This document shows, piece by piece, positions 1 to 12,344 of a stretch of DNA of 64,000 bases. The translations under genes and the position numbers were made by a program. This DNA is from Eledone cirrhosa (taxonomy: Eukaryota): assembly GCA_964016885.1 (NCBI GenBank), contig OZ024743.1, forward strand, positions 189,720,001 through 189,784,000, given 5' to 3'. A model generated the notes under the pieces. That model did no database searches. It was not told the DNA's origin and saw only the letters and a list, made by a program, of their open reading frames with translations. Positions within the stretch are counted from its first letter, which is position 1; each line of letters opens with the position of its first letter.

Positions 1-267
1 TGCCACAAAAGTGTGTGTGTGTGTAGGGGGGGGGGGGGCTGTATAGTTTAAAGTGTTTATATTTATCTAAAAACCCCTCATCAGAATTATATGTATGAAC
101 GTTTGTTAAATTTTGTCCCAAAGACCAGCTTAATAATGAGAAAGTTAGCTATTCTACTGCATCCATTCAAATTCTTGATTATTTTCAAAATTATTTGAAA
201 ACCATAGGCCGTTTCTTTCATTAAAAATATGGTAATATGTTGATGATGTAACAAAAGAAGTAATATA

Positions 268-468
268 GTTTTCTGATTTAGGCACAAGACCAGCAAATTT
301 TGGGGGAGGAAAGCTGATTACATCGAACCCAGTGTGTTACTAGTACTTTATTTTATCGACCCGGTAAGGATGAAATGTAAAGCTAAGCACAGTGGGATTT
401 AAACTCAGAATATAAAGGGATGTAACTCTCTGCCATAAAGCATGTTCGATGCACTACCAATTCACCAA
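268..468 (-). mobile_element. tRNA-derived SINE family A (MetaSINE-like central domain), degenerate copy
   Basis: Reverse complement matches the copy at 46536-46726 (tttcatccttac..gggtcgataaaataaagtac..., 3' end cttgtgcctaaa). Confidence 0.75.
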
Positions 469-562
469 CCTTCAAAAGAGTTAATATTTTATGTATAATG
501 TAACAACAATCAAAGAGTAACTGAAAAAGCACTCAATACATGTGTTTTTGTGTTTATATATA

Positions 563-3140
563 TAACCCCACATTTAATGATCATAAAAATAACTTCGAAA
601 CTGACCCCACTATTAGATTAATATGCCCAACGAAATCGGATATAGGTAGAATTAGCAAGTATATACTAGATAGAATAATAGCACAAATTAAAGACAAACT
701 AATAATTAAGCTATGGGGTAACACTAACGAAGCAATAGATTGGTTTAGCAAAATAGACAATAAGGAAACATCCGACTTCATACAGTTTGACATCAATGAC
801 TACTAGTCCTCCATTTCCCTGGTCACCCTAAATAAGGCACTAACCTTAGCACAGAAAGACTCGGACTTATCCCCTGATGAAATTAGAATAATACTAGCTG
901 CTAGGAGAACTATCATTAGGTTCGATAATAGTTACTGGGAAAGAAAAAAACAAACAGAATAGCTTCGATATCACTATGCGATCTAGCAACTCACCTCAGG
1001 TAACAGACATAGTTGGAATATATATATAGCGCATAACTTACATAAGGAATTTAATAACCTCCAAGGAGGAATTTATAGAGACGATACACTCCTTTTAGCT
1101 AAAAACTTAAATAATCAAAACTTGGAATGATTAGGAAAAAACAGAATCTTCTTCAATAAACTAGGCATCACTTTCGAACTTAACTCTAAAAAAGCTAACT
1201 TCTTAGATGTAACACTCAACCTAAACTCAGGACTAATAGAGCCATTCCATAAAAATAACGAAAATCTAGGATATATTAGTATAACTCAAACTACCCTCGC
1301 TCCATAATTAACTCCTTAGCACATAGTGTATCCCTCAGAATTTCACGCTTATCTTCTAACCTAGAGATTTTTAATGAACACGCAAAGTACTATAACATAG
1401 CTTTACTTAAGGCAGGCTACAAGGAGAGGCTCAAATACATACCAGATAGAGACAACAACACACCTAATGACAGCTACACCACCCACACCTATAAAAATAG
1501 CAAATATAGGACTAAGCATAGAAATAGACAACAAGCACTAGAAATAAAAATGAACCGAATACTAATATAAGGACCCCTAGGAACTATAGAAAATCCAGAG
1601 ATAGGAAATACTTATGGTTCAATCCAATATTCAACTCCTCTATAAAAACTAAACTACCTTCTGCATTCTTTAAACTAATTGACAAGCACTTCCCTAAACT
1701 TCACAAATACCATAAAATCTTTAACAGAAAAACTATCAAACTATCTTACTCTACTGCAGCCAACATAGAATCACACATACATAAAATTAACTATAGAAAA
1801 ATCTCTAATGAAAATAACCTACAAACATACAGCATAACACCAAATACAAAACACAAAACAACATCACAACCACACACAACAGAACGCATCACAACAAAAC
1901 ATCAACAAACCTAAATCTCAACCCATATATAACAATATACAAAACCACAATGGAGAACCTGCACACAAGAGGGCCTCCAAATGTAACTGCCACTTACCGG
2001 ATAAGTGCTCACTACAAAATAGATGCCTGGAATCAAGTATAGTGTACCTGTGTACTATTAATTCGGACAACTTAGCATGGCACTACATAGGTTCTACAGC
2101 TGGGGAATTAAAAAAAAGATGGTATGTTCACAGACATTCTATGAAGAACTGTAGACTAGAGAACACAACAACACTAGCCAATAAAATCTGGCAGCTTAAG
2201 GATACAAACCAAGAATACAGGATTAGCTGGTCAAAATTATCGAGAGCAAATGCCTACAGAGATGGAATGTCCCACTGCAGACTTTGCAATATGGAGCTGT
2301 TCCAAATTTTAAAGTATGACAAAATGCTGCTTAAAAGCAAAATAGAACGATCAATTTTCTGTAGGCATAAAGCAGCTACTAAATTCGCAAATTTCAAACC
2401 AACATGATTCGATCCAACAATCCCATAATCCAAGCTGAACCACTCAGAAACCATTATAATAACTACATACCAAACCACTATTATTAGCTGTCAACAGACC
2501 AACTAATCACTAAATCAACATCATAAATCTCCTAATCTTTCTTTCACTCTCTCTCCCTAAAGCTATTTCAACTCCTCCCTTGTATCCTATCCTGTATCTC
2601 TTTACCTCTCACCTAACTTCTAATTTATTAATTTATCTTTTATATGTTATTTATCATTATATTCTTTCTACCTACTCTAAGCGTCTGTGATTTAACCAAT
2701 ACATATGTATATATTTAATATTTATTTTCATATTAATAGTATTTATACCCTCATCACATCTTTTTACTTACACACCACTATAACTTTAACCACCACCACC
2801 ACTTTCAACAATCATATTATGTTCATTTTTTTCACGTATATAATTTTTTACTTATTTTGGATCATCTTCATTCTAACTTCTTTATTATTATTTTTTCTTT
2901 TTCTTTTTCTTTTTCTTTTTCTTTTTCTTTTTCTTTTTCTTTTTCTTTTTCTTTCTTTATTATTGATGTATAAATACAAACACTGTGTATAATTTTGTCA
3001 GTTATTCCGATGATTTGATTAGAGATACATTGTATTTAAGGTTGAGTGACACAACTTCGAGTGATTAGCAACCTTTAGACATCCTAATCAATGAAACAAT
3101 TGCAAGTAGGGAAAAAGTGGATGTAAAAATGAAATGAATG
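563..3140 (+). mobile_element. Penelope-like element PLE-1 (Naiad-type), 5'-truncated and frameshifted, with 3' UTR/pLTR, in the last intron of the host gene
   Basis: Fragments DHKNNFETDPTIRLICPTKSDIGRISK, FIQFDI, GGIYRDD, FLDVTLNL, CNC..C linker and GIY-YIG (VYLCTINSDNLAWHYIG ... CRLCNME ... CRH). Stops and frameshifts throughout; the ORF ends at 2407. Confidence 0.92.
3001..3113 (+). ncRNA. Degenerate type I hammerhead ribozyme with ~79-nt stem II
   Basis: CCGATGA (3007-3013), stem II ttgattag/ctaatcaa with inner aaggttg/caacctt, then GAAAC aattgcaa GTA. The core has U4C and stem I is weak. Confidence 0.55.
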
Positions 3141-3200
3141 AATGAAATATATAATACATATGTGTTTGTGTGTTTACATATTTTATTTCTTTTCTTTCAG

Positions 3201-3476
3201 AACAAATTCATTCAGAGTGGTCTTTGGAGTATATCACGTCACCCAAACTACTTTGGCGAAATTCTCTTGTGGGTTGGTCTGTACATCACAGCTCAGAAAA
3301 CTATGGTTGACTATGAAAACCTCAGTATATTATCTCCAATGTTTATTGCCTTCTTGCTCATAAAAGTGAGTGGCATACCTATACTAGAAAAGATGGCATT
3401 TAAAAGATGGGGCACAAACCCTTCATATGTTGATTATGTTCAATCCACACGAAAGTTGATACCATTTATTTGGTAG
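3201..3476 (+). CDS. Terminal coding exon of a DUF1295 / steroid 5-alpha-reductase-like membrane protein
   Basis: Polypyrimidine tract plus AG ending at 3200, then a phase-0 exon NKFIQSGLWSISRHPNYFGEILLW...VSGIPILEK...YVQSTRKLIPFIW* (SRHPNYFGE motif). AATAAA near 3692. Confidence 0.9.
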   Translation, partial: NKFIQSGLWSISRHPNYFGEILLWVGLYITAQKTMVDYENLSILSPMFIAFLLIKVSGIPILEKMAFKRWGTNPSYVDYVQSTRKLIPFIW

Positions 3477-3724
3477 ATTTTCTGGAATGGGTGGGTGTTT
3501 AGGTGTATTTTGTTTATTTTGTGTTTTCTCTGTTCTGTTCCTGTCAAAATCAAACAAACCTTCAACATTTAAAAGGAATTTCAGCAGATATACCTAGTGG
3601 GGACAGTTAGCAGATCAAATTAATCAAACAAACTAATGAGTTAAGTTACTGGATCAAGTTAATATAATCAAGCTAGCCACTTGCATTGTATAATAAACAA
3701 TTGACTAAACCTGTAATTGAAAGA

Positions 3725-4320
3725 GCCAGCTTTGTCACACACTGTGTCACACTGAATTTTCCTTAGAATTATATTATGAATGCATATGTCTGTGGAATGA
3801 GCAGTCACACATCAATTTCATGAGCAACCTGTTCCATTGATTAACACTTTCCATCAAATCTCCTTGAGAAATATAAGTACACATATCTGGAGCATGCTCA
3901 GCCACTTTCATGTTAAATTTTATGAGTAGCCTGTTCCATTGACCGAACAACTGGAACAATCATAATAAAAATTAATGTTAGGTCCATCCGAATCTATTTT
4001 TTCAATAAGAGGGGAAGAATTCTGATTTCTTTTGTCTCTTCCTTTTAATGTATTATTTTTTAGTGTAATAAAAAATTTCTTTTGAACATTTGGTGTTCGA
4101 ATTTTCTCTAACAAATTTTATTTAAAAAATCACAATACAATGTTTTTATTTTTTTTATTTTGCACACTTACACATTATTGGTAGGCTGTACCATTGATAA
4201 AACAACTCAAAGACTCATTGTCAAATCGCTCTAAGAATTACATTATGGGTACATGTGGTTGTGGAATACTCAGCCACATACACATTAATTTGACAAGCAG
4301 ACTGTTTCATTGAAGAGGAT
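3725..4320 (+). repeat. Three degenerate copies of a short dispersed (probably SINE-derived) segment
   Basis: The motif cagccac...ttaattt..gagca..ctgttccattga recurs at about 3800, 3900 and 4270. Confidence 0.5.
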
Positions 4321-4399
4321 TGGTAAGTGTTACAGGGTGTGTCAAGAATGAGAGATGAGGCATTAATTACCATCTGATAAATAGTAAAGAAAGCCTTTT

Positions 4400-5330
4400 A
4401 CAGTATGAATCAGCAGTAATGGGTCATAAAAAGGGAAGGATAGAGAGTAAAGAATAGTTTAAGAGATAAGTCTCTACATTGAAAAGAGAAGTTGTAGTAT
4501 GAAAGTATTGAATGACCAATTTAAATTAAAAACTGAAAACTCTTTGGATTGGCTCTCTGCAGTGATCTAAAAAGAGAAACTGTCAGCTCAAGAGCAAGCT
4601 TTCAGTGTTAACTAGTTGATTACAGGTATACTGTATATTATGGTGAAAATGAGTAGTGTTGATTGTATAAAATTAATACAGAAAACGTCACCCACACAGT
4701 GAGTGGCTACAAAATGTTAGTGCAGAAGTAATATAAAAGAACACATGAAATGGTGTGTATGTACTTTCACTGGTCAATGTGCGAAAAATATGGATACCAA
4801 CGGTTTGATAAGTAATATTAGCATGTCCCAAAAGTATCCTTGATGACAGACAAATGCAATATATTTTTGGATTTCATGATCTAAATAGTCTTATGGATGG
4901 AACAGACATGATACTGTAGTTATGAAGAGAAATAGGCATGAATGTCAGATAATTGATGCTACTAACCCAGGAGAGCAAATCATAGCCTTGAAAGAAATTG
5001 CTGGCCTTGTGCCTAAAATAGAAACAATTAAATTGAAATAATAATAACATATATTAATTTGAAGATTGTATTTGCATGATGTGGTCAATATAACCTAAGA
5101 ACTTCAGAAAAATTCCAGTAGTTGTGGAAATTTTCGACTCGATACCAGTAGAATTGAGAGGATGTCTTGACAAAATACACTTCAAAACAGAAATTATTAT
5201 CCTACAAAAACTACCCTGCTTGGCACTGTACATACACTTGAGAAAGGACTGTCTGTCTTAGGTTTTCGTTGATTCTCGACAGACAGCAAATCTAGTAATC
5301 ACCATATTTACTGTGCATACCATTAATAAT
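4400..5330 (+). pseudogene. Highly decayed 3' part of an RLE-type (R4/Dong-like) non-LTR retrotransposon
   Basis: Broken-frame motifs W..L..DLKRET..AQEQA, E.V.H..SG, HW..C.KYG, WDF, IPVVV and LQK...LLGT, ending in a taa-rich tail. Confidence 0.65.
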
Positions 5331-5547
5331 TGTTTCTACTTTTGGCACAAGGCCAGCACTTTGAAGGGGAGGGGAAAGTCGATTAAATCGACCCCAGTGT
5401 ATTACTGGTGCTTTATTTTATCGACCCCGTAAGGATGAAAGGCAAAGCTAACCTCGGTGGGATTTGAACACAGAACATGAAGGCCTGTAACACCATGCTG
5501 CAAAGCAAGTTGTCCGACGCTCTCTCAATACTGCCAATCCACTGCCC
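5331..5547 (-). mobile_element. SINE family A, full length, with target-site duplication
   Basis: Family A body flanked by the direct repeat tgtgcataccattaataat (5312-5330 and 5549-5567). Confidence 0.88.
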
Positions 5548-5894
5548 TTGTGCATACCATTAATAATAGTAATAACTATTATTATTTCAGCCCTGAGACC
5601 TAGAAATACTAGGTTGATAGCTGGTAAGGCTGTTTTTTTCATGGGAGGAATGTGTCTTTAGAGATGGTATTGCATAAAACATTAGTGGTTGTGCAACCTT
5701 AATATTTTCTACCTTGTATAAATGACAAATTCAAATTAATGAGTTATCAAATAATGGTGTGGATGAATCTGAATGGGCCTGGTTATTATTTAATGACTGC
5801 TAGCAATCATTTGATACAAAGTTCAAATAAGGAAGTAAACATGATTGCCATGGAATATTATTACAGAAGCAACCCAATACATGGACAAAGAATG

Positions 5895-6082
5895 ATTTCT
5901 AATTTATGCATAAGGCCAGCAATTTGTGGTGAGTGGATTATATCAACCACAGTATTTTATTCGTCTTGGAAGAATGAAAGACAAAGTTGATCTTGACAAG
6001 ATTTCAACTCAGAATGTAAAGAACAAGAAAAAATACTGCTAAGGCTATGTCTGATAATCTAACCACAGCCAATTCACTGCCC
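5895..6082 (-). mobile_element. SINE family A, degenerate
   Basis: aaggccagcaattt...ttttatt...gaatgaaagacaaagttga...ttcaactcag resembles family A. Confidence 0.65.
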
Positions 6083-6439
6083 TTAAATGAGCAAAGAGGC
6101 CAGTATGAGGATACAATCAGTGACTGCATAGAATAGAGTAGGGTGTTTGTTCAATGCTTTTGAGGTAAAAAAGAAAATGGATAGCAAAATTTAGAAATGA
6201 AATTTGTACAGAACTTCTTCAGGGGACAGCAATATTAGAAACTGCTTTTTTGAGGAAGGTTCTTAAGGCCATGACATGTTTTCTCAGCATAAGACCAGCC
6301 CAAGCTTAAATTTGAAAAAAGGGAATCATCAATTATGTTGACTCAAGTACTTAACTAGCACATTGTTGAGCAGTATTTAATGAAAACAAAACATACTATT
6401 ACAGGAAACAGAAAAGGAAGAAAAAAGAAAATGAAAATA

Positions 6440-7078
6440 AGAAAAAGAAAAGAATCAAGCAAAATCAGAAAGGGAGAGCGACGGACAATACACCCCAGTC
6501 TGAGGGGTAAGTCAGCTGCATCCTGGACAAAATGGCAAAAGCATTACTGTGACGAATGGCCAGAGATACCCACTGCAAAAGCCACCCCACTTCACGAGGC
6601 TCCTTCCTCAAGTGGGTTGCTATCTTTCCAACTTTACAGAGGAAATCAGTAGTGTGGGGACCAAGGACACAATAGGTCTCAAGGGAAACTAATGCAAAGA
6701 GGAAGCAGTTGGTCAGGTCCCTGTATTTAACTAACTCCTCCGCATTGCAGGTAGTGGAACCCAGGTTTGTGGCTGAAGCATCAAGGCTGTGATTTCCCCC
6801 CTCAAAAGGAAAGATGGTTAATTCGTTGAGGTGCTTGCCTTCAACATGGTCAAGGCCAGCCATCTCCAATTGTGATAAGAAACCAGCTACATTGAGGTTC
6901 TTTCCAGTGATGTTGTTTAGAGCAGAATGATGTGGAGGCTAGCCTGTATTAATGTGGCAAGATAATGGGTGCAGACTGAACTCATTGACCATTGCTCCAC
7001 AGCAGCATCTGTGTGGCTTGCACATGCAGAGGCTGAGGTGCTGCGTCACTCCAATGCAGGAAGGAGTGTACCAATTAT
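6440..7078 (-). pseudogene. CRE-clade non-LTR retrotransposon C-terminal fragment (zinc knuckle plus restriction-like endonuclease)
   Basis: Minus-strand C.CG..V....LHPLSC...H.ALN, then LTIFPFEGG, AEELVKY, LET..VLGP, EPRE..WL.Q.VSLAI..SNA, which matches the CRE RLE layout. Confidence 0.7.
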
Positions 7079-7540
7079 TTATAGAAGGGCATAAAGTCAA
7101 AGTTATAAATCAAAGATAGGGACAGCCTTGCTCACCTAATATATGAAAATATTTTCTGTGGTAATCTTCCAGCAACATTTCTTTCTATCATTAAGAGATA
7201 CAACTGTATCTTCTCCAATTACAATGCTTATCCTTTATATCAATATATATATATATGAAACATTATTATTAAACATTTACAAAAATATATTGTTTTGCAG
7301 AAACAAAAACATATAAAAAAAACTGGATATCATGCCAGCAGATTTAAGGAAAAAATGATGTTGTTTACAATATATTTGAAAACCTTAAGATAGGGAATAT
7401 AGTTTTCTATATATCTATTACAATGGCATATATACACACATGTATCATGTATGTTATATAAATATATATATATATAAACTAGCGTGGAAGATGGACATTA
7501 AATGATAATGAGGATGAGAGGATGATGATAATGATGTATA

Positions 7541-7718
7541 ATAATTGTTTTGGCACAAGGCCTGCTATTATCCAAGTGCATTACTGGTACTTTATTTTAT
7601 CAACCCCATAAGGATGAAAGGCAAAGTTAACCTCAGTGGGATTTGAACTCAGACTGCAAATGGTCGTAACTCTATGGCGCAAAGCATGGCATCCGGCGAT
7701 ACTGCCAATCCACCGCCA
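7541..7718 (-). mobile_element. SINE family A
   Basis: Reverse complement of the family A body with a B-box (gagttcaaatccc). Confidence 0.8.
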
Positions 7719-8356
7719 TTGATGATAATAATAATATGTATATCGTGCACCATCATGGCCTCAGCCTATTGGCTGGAACATCTAAGAGTAATAGAGTATA
7801 TACATACATATATACTCTATTCACTGAAAGTGGAAGAGAATGATGAATCCATTGGCACTAAGATAATGTTAACCTGTGATTGCATCAATTATGTTACATC
7901 TAGGAAATATGCCTTGGTAATGTGTTTACTGTTATCTTAAGGCTTATGTTATGAAAGGTAGATATTAGTTCTTTACATAAGTTAATGTGTGACCACAATG
8001 CTGGAAAGAATTAACACCTTCTTCCTGATAAGGACCAACATTGTGATTAGGAAATTTGGACTTCAGTAGGGCCACACTCATCATATATAAGCACTGTCTT
8101 TAAAACATCACATAGATCTTCTAGTTTAGTTTTTCTTCCAAACAGACCTTATATTGACGAGCAGGATCCTGTGAAGATACACAAGGCAGCCTCAGAGTAC
8201 AACAGTTAGCAGCTGAAAATGTAAAGATGTTTAACATCCTTCTACTCCCTCCAATATTCAGGAACAGACCCAGAAATGTCATCTGGAGTACTACTGCTAT
8301 GTCTTACATGGGGGTTAGAAAACAAAAATAAGCAATACAATATCAAATGGAAGGTC

Positions 8357-9724
8357 TATAGCGGAAATACTAGCGGTGTATTAATGTAACAAGGAGACAT
8401 GGTTTGTGTGTATAATATTTAATCAACAATTTAACAGTATAGTTGACATGTCAATGAATAAACGAAAGAATGAAGCAAAGTTAGTAGTTACCGTTTTGAT
8501 TACCAAGCAAACGCGGCTGGCAGGAGACGCCTGGCGAAGGCCAGGCACCGGAAGGGCAAATGCGGCTGGCAGGAGACGCCTGGCGAAGGCCAGGCGCCGG
8601 TAGGGCAAATGAGAGAGTGAGAACTTAAAGTTGTTAGTTTTATAGGGTTCTGACCGGAAGTTACAGAAAGGGTTCTACTTCCTGTATAGATGGTGTTGTG
8701 AGTGTCACAACAAGGGAGGCACTGCTACATAATCTCCCGCCAGAATTTTAGAATATTAAAATCGAATGAAATATGTAGCAAGTTGGCGAGAATGTTGTAA
8801 CAGGCATGAAAATTACGACAAAAGAATGTTTGCAAAAATCAATGATAGATATCAAGGTAGCCAACCGCTCTTGGCCAGAGAACGACTGGACATCTATCTA
8901 TCCATCACCCAAAGATACAATGTAATAAAGTAAGAGAAGAGCTCAAAATTCAAATGTACAAAATATAGTTCACAGGTGTGCAATCACATGACAGCAGGAA
9001 AGAAAGTGTGTTCCAGAGAATGAATGGAGGTGGTTTCTGTTCTGTGGTATATCGTGAAATTTTCAACCTCCGAATGGATTTTCTCACAGGAAGAGTGCTG
9101 CAAAAATAAATTCTCTGGCTTGTTCTGCTGGTTTTGGTTGTTGGTGAAGCTGTGTTTCTGTTGATGTTGTTGTCTCGCGGAGTGAGCGTATTCGGTGTTT
9201 AAATTCACAGTAAAAAAAAAATTTTCGGAAAAAGTGAGTTGCGCAAAGTGCTAGAAATCACAGCCGAAGTTGATGGTCGATGTTGAGAATGCGTTGACCT
9301 GGAATGGTCAAGAGGCTAGCGACCAAAGAAATAAGCATTCTGAATAAATGCGCAGTTTTCAACGGCAAATTTACGTGGTAAATTTTTAAACCGGCAAATA
9401 GGAGAATATAGCTTAAGGCTGAAGAATCATTGGTGAGAAACGTTATCTCTGGCGTGCGGCTATCTCTGTGAGTCGAGATATCTCCGTGAGTTGAGAATTT
9501 GTGCTGCCTACACGTGCCAATACAAGGTTAAGTTAGGTTGAAAAAATAATATTTCTAACGCACGAGAAAATGATAGTGCAAGTGTGAAAGTGACAATGAT
9601 GAAAAAGAAAGTGAGAACTTAAAGTTGTTAGTTTTATAGGGTTCTGACCGGAAGTTACAGAAAGGCTTCTACTTCCTGTCTAGATGGTGTTGTGAGTGTC
9701 ACAACAAGGGAGGCAACTGCTACA
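8357..9724 (-). mobile_element. Non-coding LTR element (TRIM-like or internally deleted): complete LTR 8357-8729, partial LTR about 9610-9724
   Basis: Direct repeat about 8615-8729 vs 9610-9724. ggtc TSD at 8353-8356 and 9725-9728. Purine tract ggcgggagatta abuts the LTR on the minus strand. Terminal IR tatagc/gctaca. No gag/pol ORF or PBS seen. Confidence 0.75.
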
Positions 9725-10189
9725 GGTCCTTACAAACCTAACACCTACATTAACAGATGCAGCAGATATAGGTTTTACACCATTGAAAATTTATCCTTCA
9801 AGAACTGAAATCCTCTAATGAATATCTTGATTCTAAGAGCAATATATTGTTGTTTTGCATTATTATAAGAAATACCTACTGGAAAAATGATTCATATAGG
9901 TATATTCTTGTGTGTATTTATGTATATATGACTTGAATATCTTCAAATATATATCAATTCTATTTCTCTTACTTTCCTACATACATTCATATAATATATA
10001 TATACATGTATGTACAAACCCATAATACATGATCGAATCAAAGGGGCAGAGTAGTGATATATGACATGTATTAGTCATTTTAAATTTGTCTGACCCCTTA
10101 CCCTCTCCAGATGTGAACAGTCGATTTCTTCCAGAGAAGAAGAGAGAGTGAGAGAGTTATAGAGAGTAAGTTGGAAAGAGATATAGAAG

Positions 10190-10341
10190 AATCAACCCCC
10201 AGTCCTGAACTGGTACATTTTTATTGATCTTCAACGAATGAAAAGCAAAGTTGACCTTGGCAGGATTTTAATGCAGAAGGACAAAAAGGATACAGTAAAG
10301 CATTCTATCTAACGTTCTAACAACTCTGCCAATTTGCCACC
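10190..10341 (-). mobile_element. SINE family A, degenerate
   Basis: ctggtac.ttttattga...gaatgaaaagcaaagttgaccttggcaggattt...ctgccaattt. Confidence 0.65.
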
Positions 10342-10575
10342 TATACAGACATAAATATACACTAACATGTATATATAAGTATATATAAGTGAGAGAATAA
10401 ATACATGTAAAATTTGTATTACTCTTTATATATCATTTATTCTTTCTAAATGAAATAGAGGATTCCACTTTTGCACAGTAATCGAACAATTACTATATTA
10501 GCCTTTTGCAAGTCAATTTGTAAACCTCCACATGCTTCTTTGATCTACTAGAATAATAATTCAAAGTTCCCTTAA

Positions 10576-10798
10576 CCCTTTAGCATTTACATTGCTCTAT
10601 ATATATACTATTATATTTTCATGGCAAAGGTATTACCTCACATAATTATTTCACATAATATTGAATCTATGAGATTTTGATATTATTTGTTTTGAGAACA
10701 ATACCTTAACATTAGTATGAGTGACCAGTTACATCCTGTTTGAAAAAAAAGAGGTGAAAGAATTCTGACCAGTTACAGCCAGTTTAAATGCTAAAGGG
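10576..10798. mobile_element. piggyBac-like MITE
   Basis: TIRs ccctttagcattta / taaatgctaaaggg with TTAA on both sides. Confidence 0.75.
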
Positions 10799-11525
10799 TT
10801 AAACCACATTAGAGTGTTTCATGAAAGGACACATTATATGCTAGAGTTTGGAGTATGTTATACTTTGAAAAATAAAAGATTATTTTGTCTCAGCAATAAC
10901 CTTTGATAATAAATCTTACTATGACAGCTTTGACTTGAGACAAATCTACAACTGGCATATCATATTAACACACCAAATTTCAGCTTCTTGAATTTTCTCC
11001 ACTTTCAAGTAATGTATTCCATGCATTATTTATTCTGCAAGGGGTTACTTAATTCACTAACCCCTTTGGTGTATAAACTCTTAATGCTCAAACCAAAAGG
11101 ACTTTGAAATATTGTTCATTTGACTATACATTTTTGTCTGTCAGTATGTATGCATGTGTCTATGTATGTAAGTAGATAGGTTAATAGGTATGTATGTATG
11201 AATGTGAAAATATAAATATTTATGGGAAGAATTTTATACATAACGTATTCTAAAATCCTTATAAAAACTATGTCTCTGAAGTTTCTAGTTTTGATGGCAG
11301 CAAATGTTGTTATTTTTAGCTGTTTTAGTATTCATTTCCCATGCTTGCTTGGATACAAGGCTTCTTTTCCTTGTTAAACCAATTGATTTTACAGCTGCAT
11401 GCACTGCTTACAGATAATCATTCATTTAGCAGGAAGAAACCTCTGCATAGTTGATCAGTACCTACTAGAAGTAGCTGCCAAAGCCCACTCAAATCTCATC
11501 TTACTCTAAAAGAAGAAAACATGTG

Positions 11526-11819
11526 ATTATATAAATATAATTCCTTAAAAACTGAAGAGAAGGTGATTATGATTTGAACGTGCCCTTATATATATACTAT
11601 CCGGGAGTATATAGTATATAGTATATATATATACTATCCGGGAGCTTCCAACAGAAATGGTCGCATTCTCTAAGGGTATGTCAATATTTATTTATAAAAC
11701 TGATCTATATTATATTTTATCTGATGAAAGCGCACCATAATTTAACTTGGTGTCCTTGAAATATGTATAATAAAATAAATATGGTTTTATAAATATAGTT
11801 TCCATTTGTTAATATATCG

Positions 11820-11877
<58 letters not shown>

Positions 11878-11939
11878 AGTGCACGTTCAAATCATAATCA
11901 CCTTCTCTTCAGTTTTTGAAGGAACTATATTTATATAAT
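11526..11939. repeat. About 65-bp inverted repeat (11526-11590 / 11874-11939) enclosing a pLTR-like HHR fragment
   Basis: attatataaatataattcctt.aaaaactgaagagaaggtgattatgatttgaacgtgc and its reverse complement. Confidence 0.8.
11715..11775 (+). ncRNA. Type I hammerhead ribozyme
   Basis: ttttat CTGATGA aag.gcacca...tggtg.cctt GAAA ta-tg-ta TA ataaaa. Stem I extends into flanking tatttataaaac/gttttataaata. Confidence 0.75.
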
Positions 11940-11941
11940 AT

Positions 11942-12303
11942 CATGGCTTAGTGGTTAGAGCATTGGCCTTGCAATCGAAAGGTTGTGAGTTCAATTCTCA
12001 GACTGGGTGAGCAAGACACTTTATTTCACATTGCTCCAGTTTACTCAGCTGTAGAAATGAGATGTTAGGGACTGGGGCCCCTATCATTCCTCTGCAAAGT
12101 GGTCGTGGAGGTGCCACAGCAAAAAATTACCCAGCCCACACTGTACAGTGGTCGTGTAGGTGCCACAGAATAAAAGCACCCAGCACTCACTGTAAATGAG
12201 GTTGGTGTTAGGAAGGGTATCCAGCTGAAGAAAACAAGCCAGAATCAGTTCCCGTCCCACCCTTGCAAGCAGGGAAAAGTGGACGAAAAATGATGATGAT
12301 GAT
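11942..12303 (+). mobile_element. tRNA-derived SINE family B with RTE-type 3' tail
   Basis: A-box tggcttagtgg, B-box gagttcaattc, gagcaagacact core, ~43-nt subrepeats, and a tail cccgtcccacccttgcaagcagggaaaag..(ATG)n matching the RTE end at 21546-21613. Confidence 0.88.
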
Positions 12304-12344
12304 ATACATATAAATATATATTTTACTAATATATATATATATAT

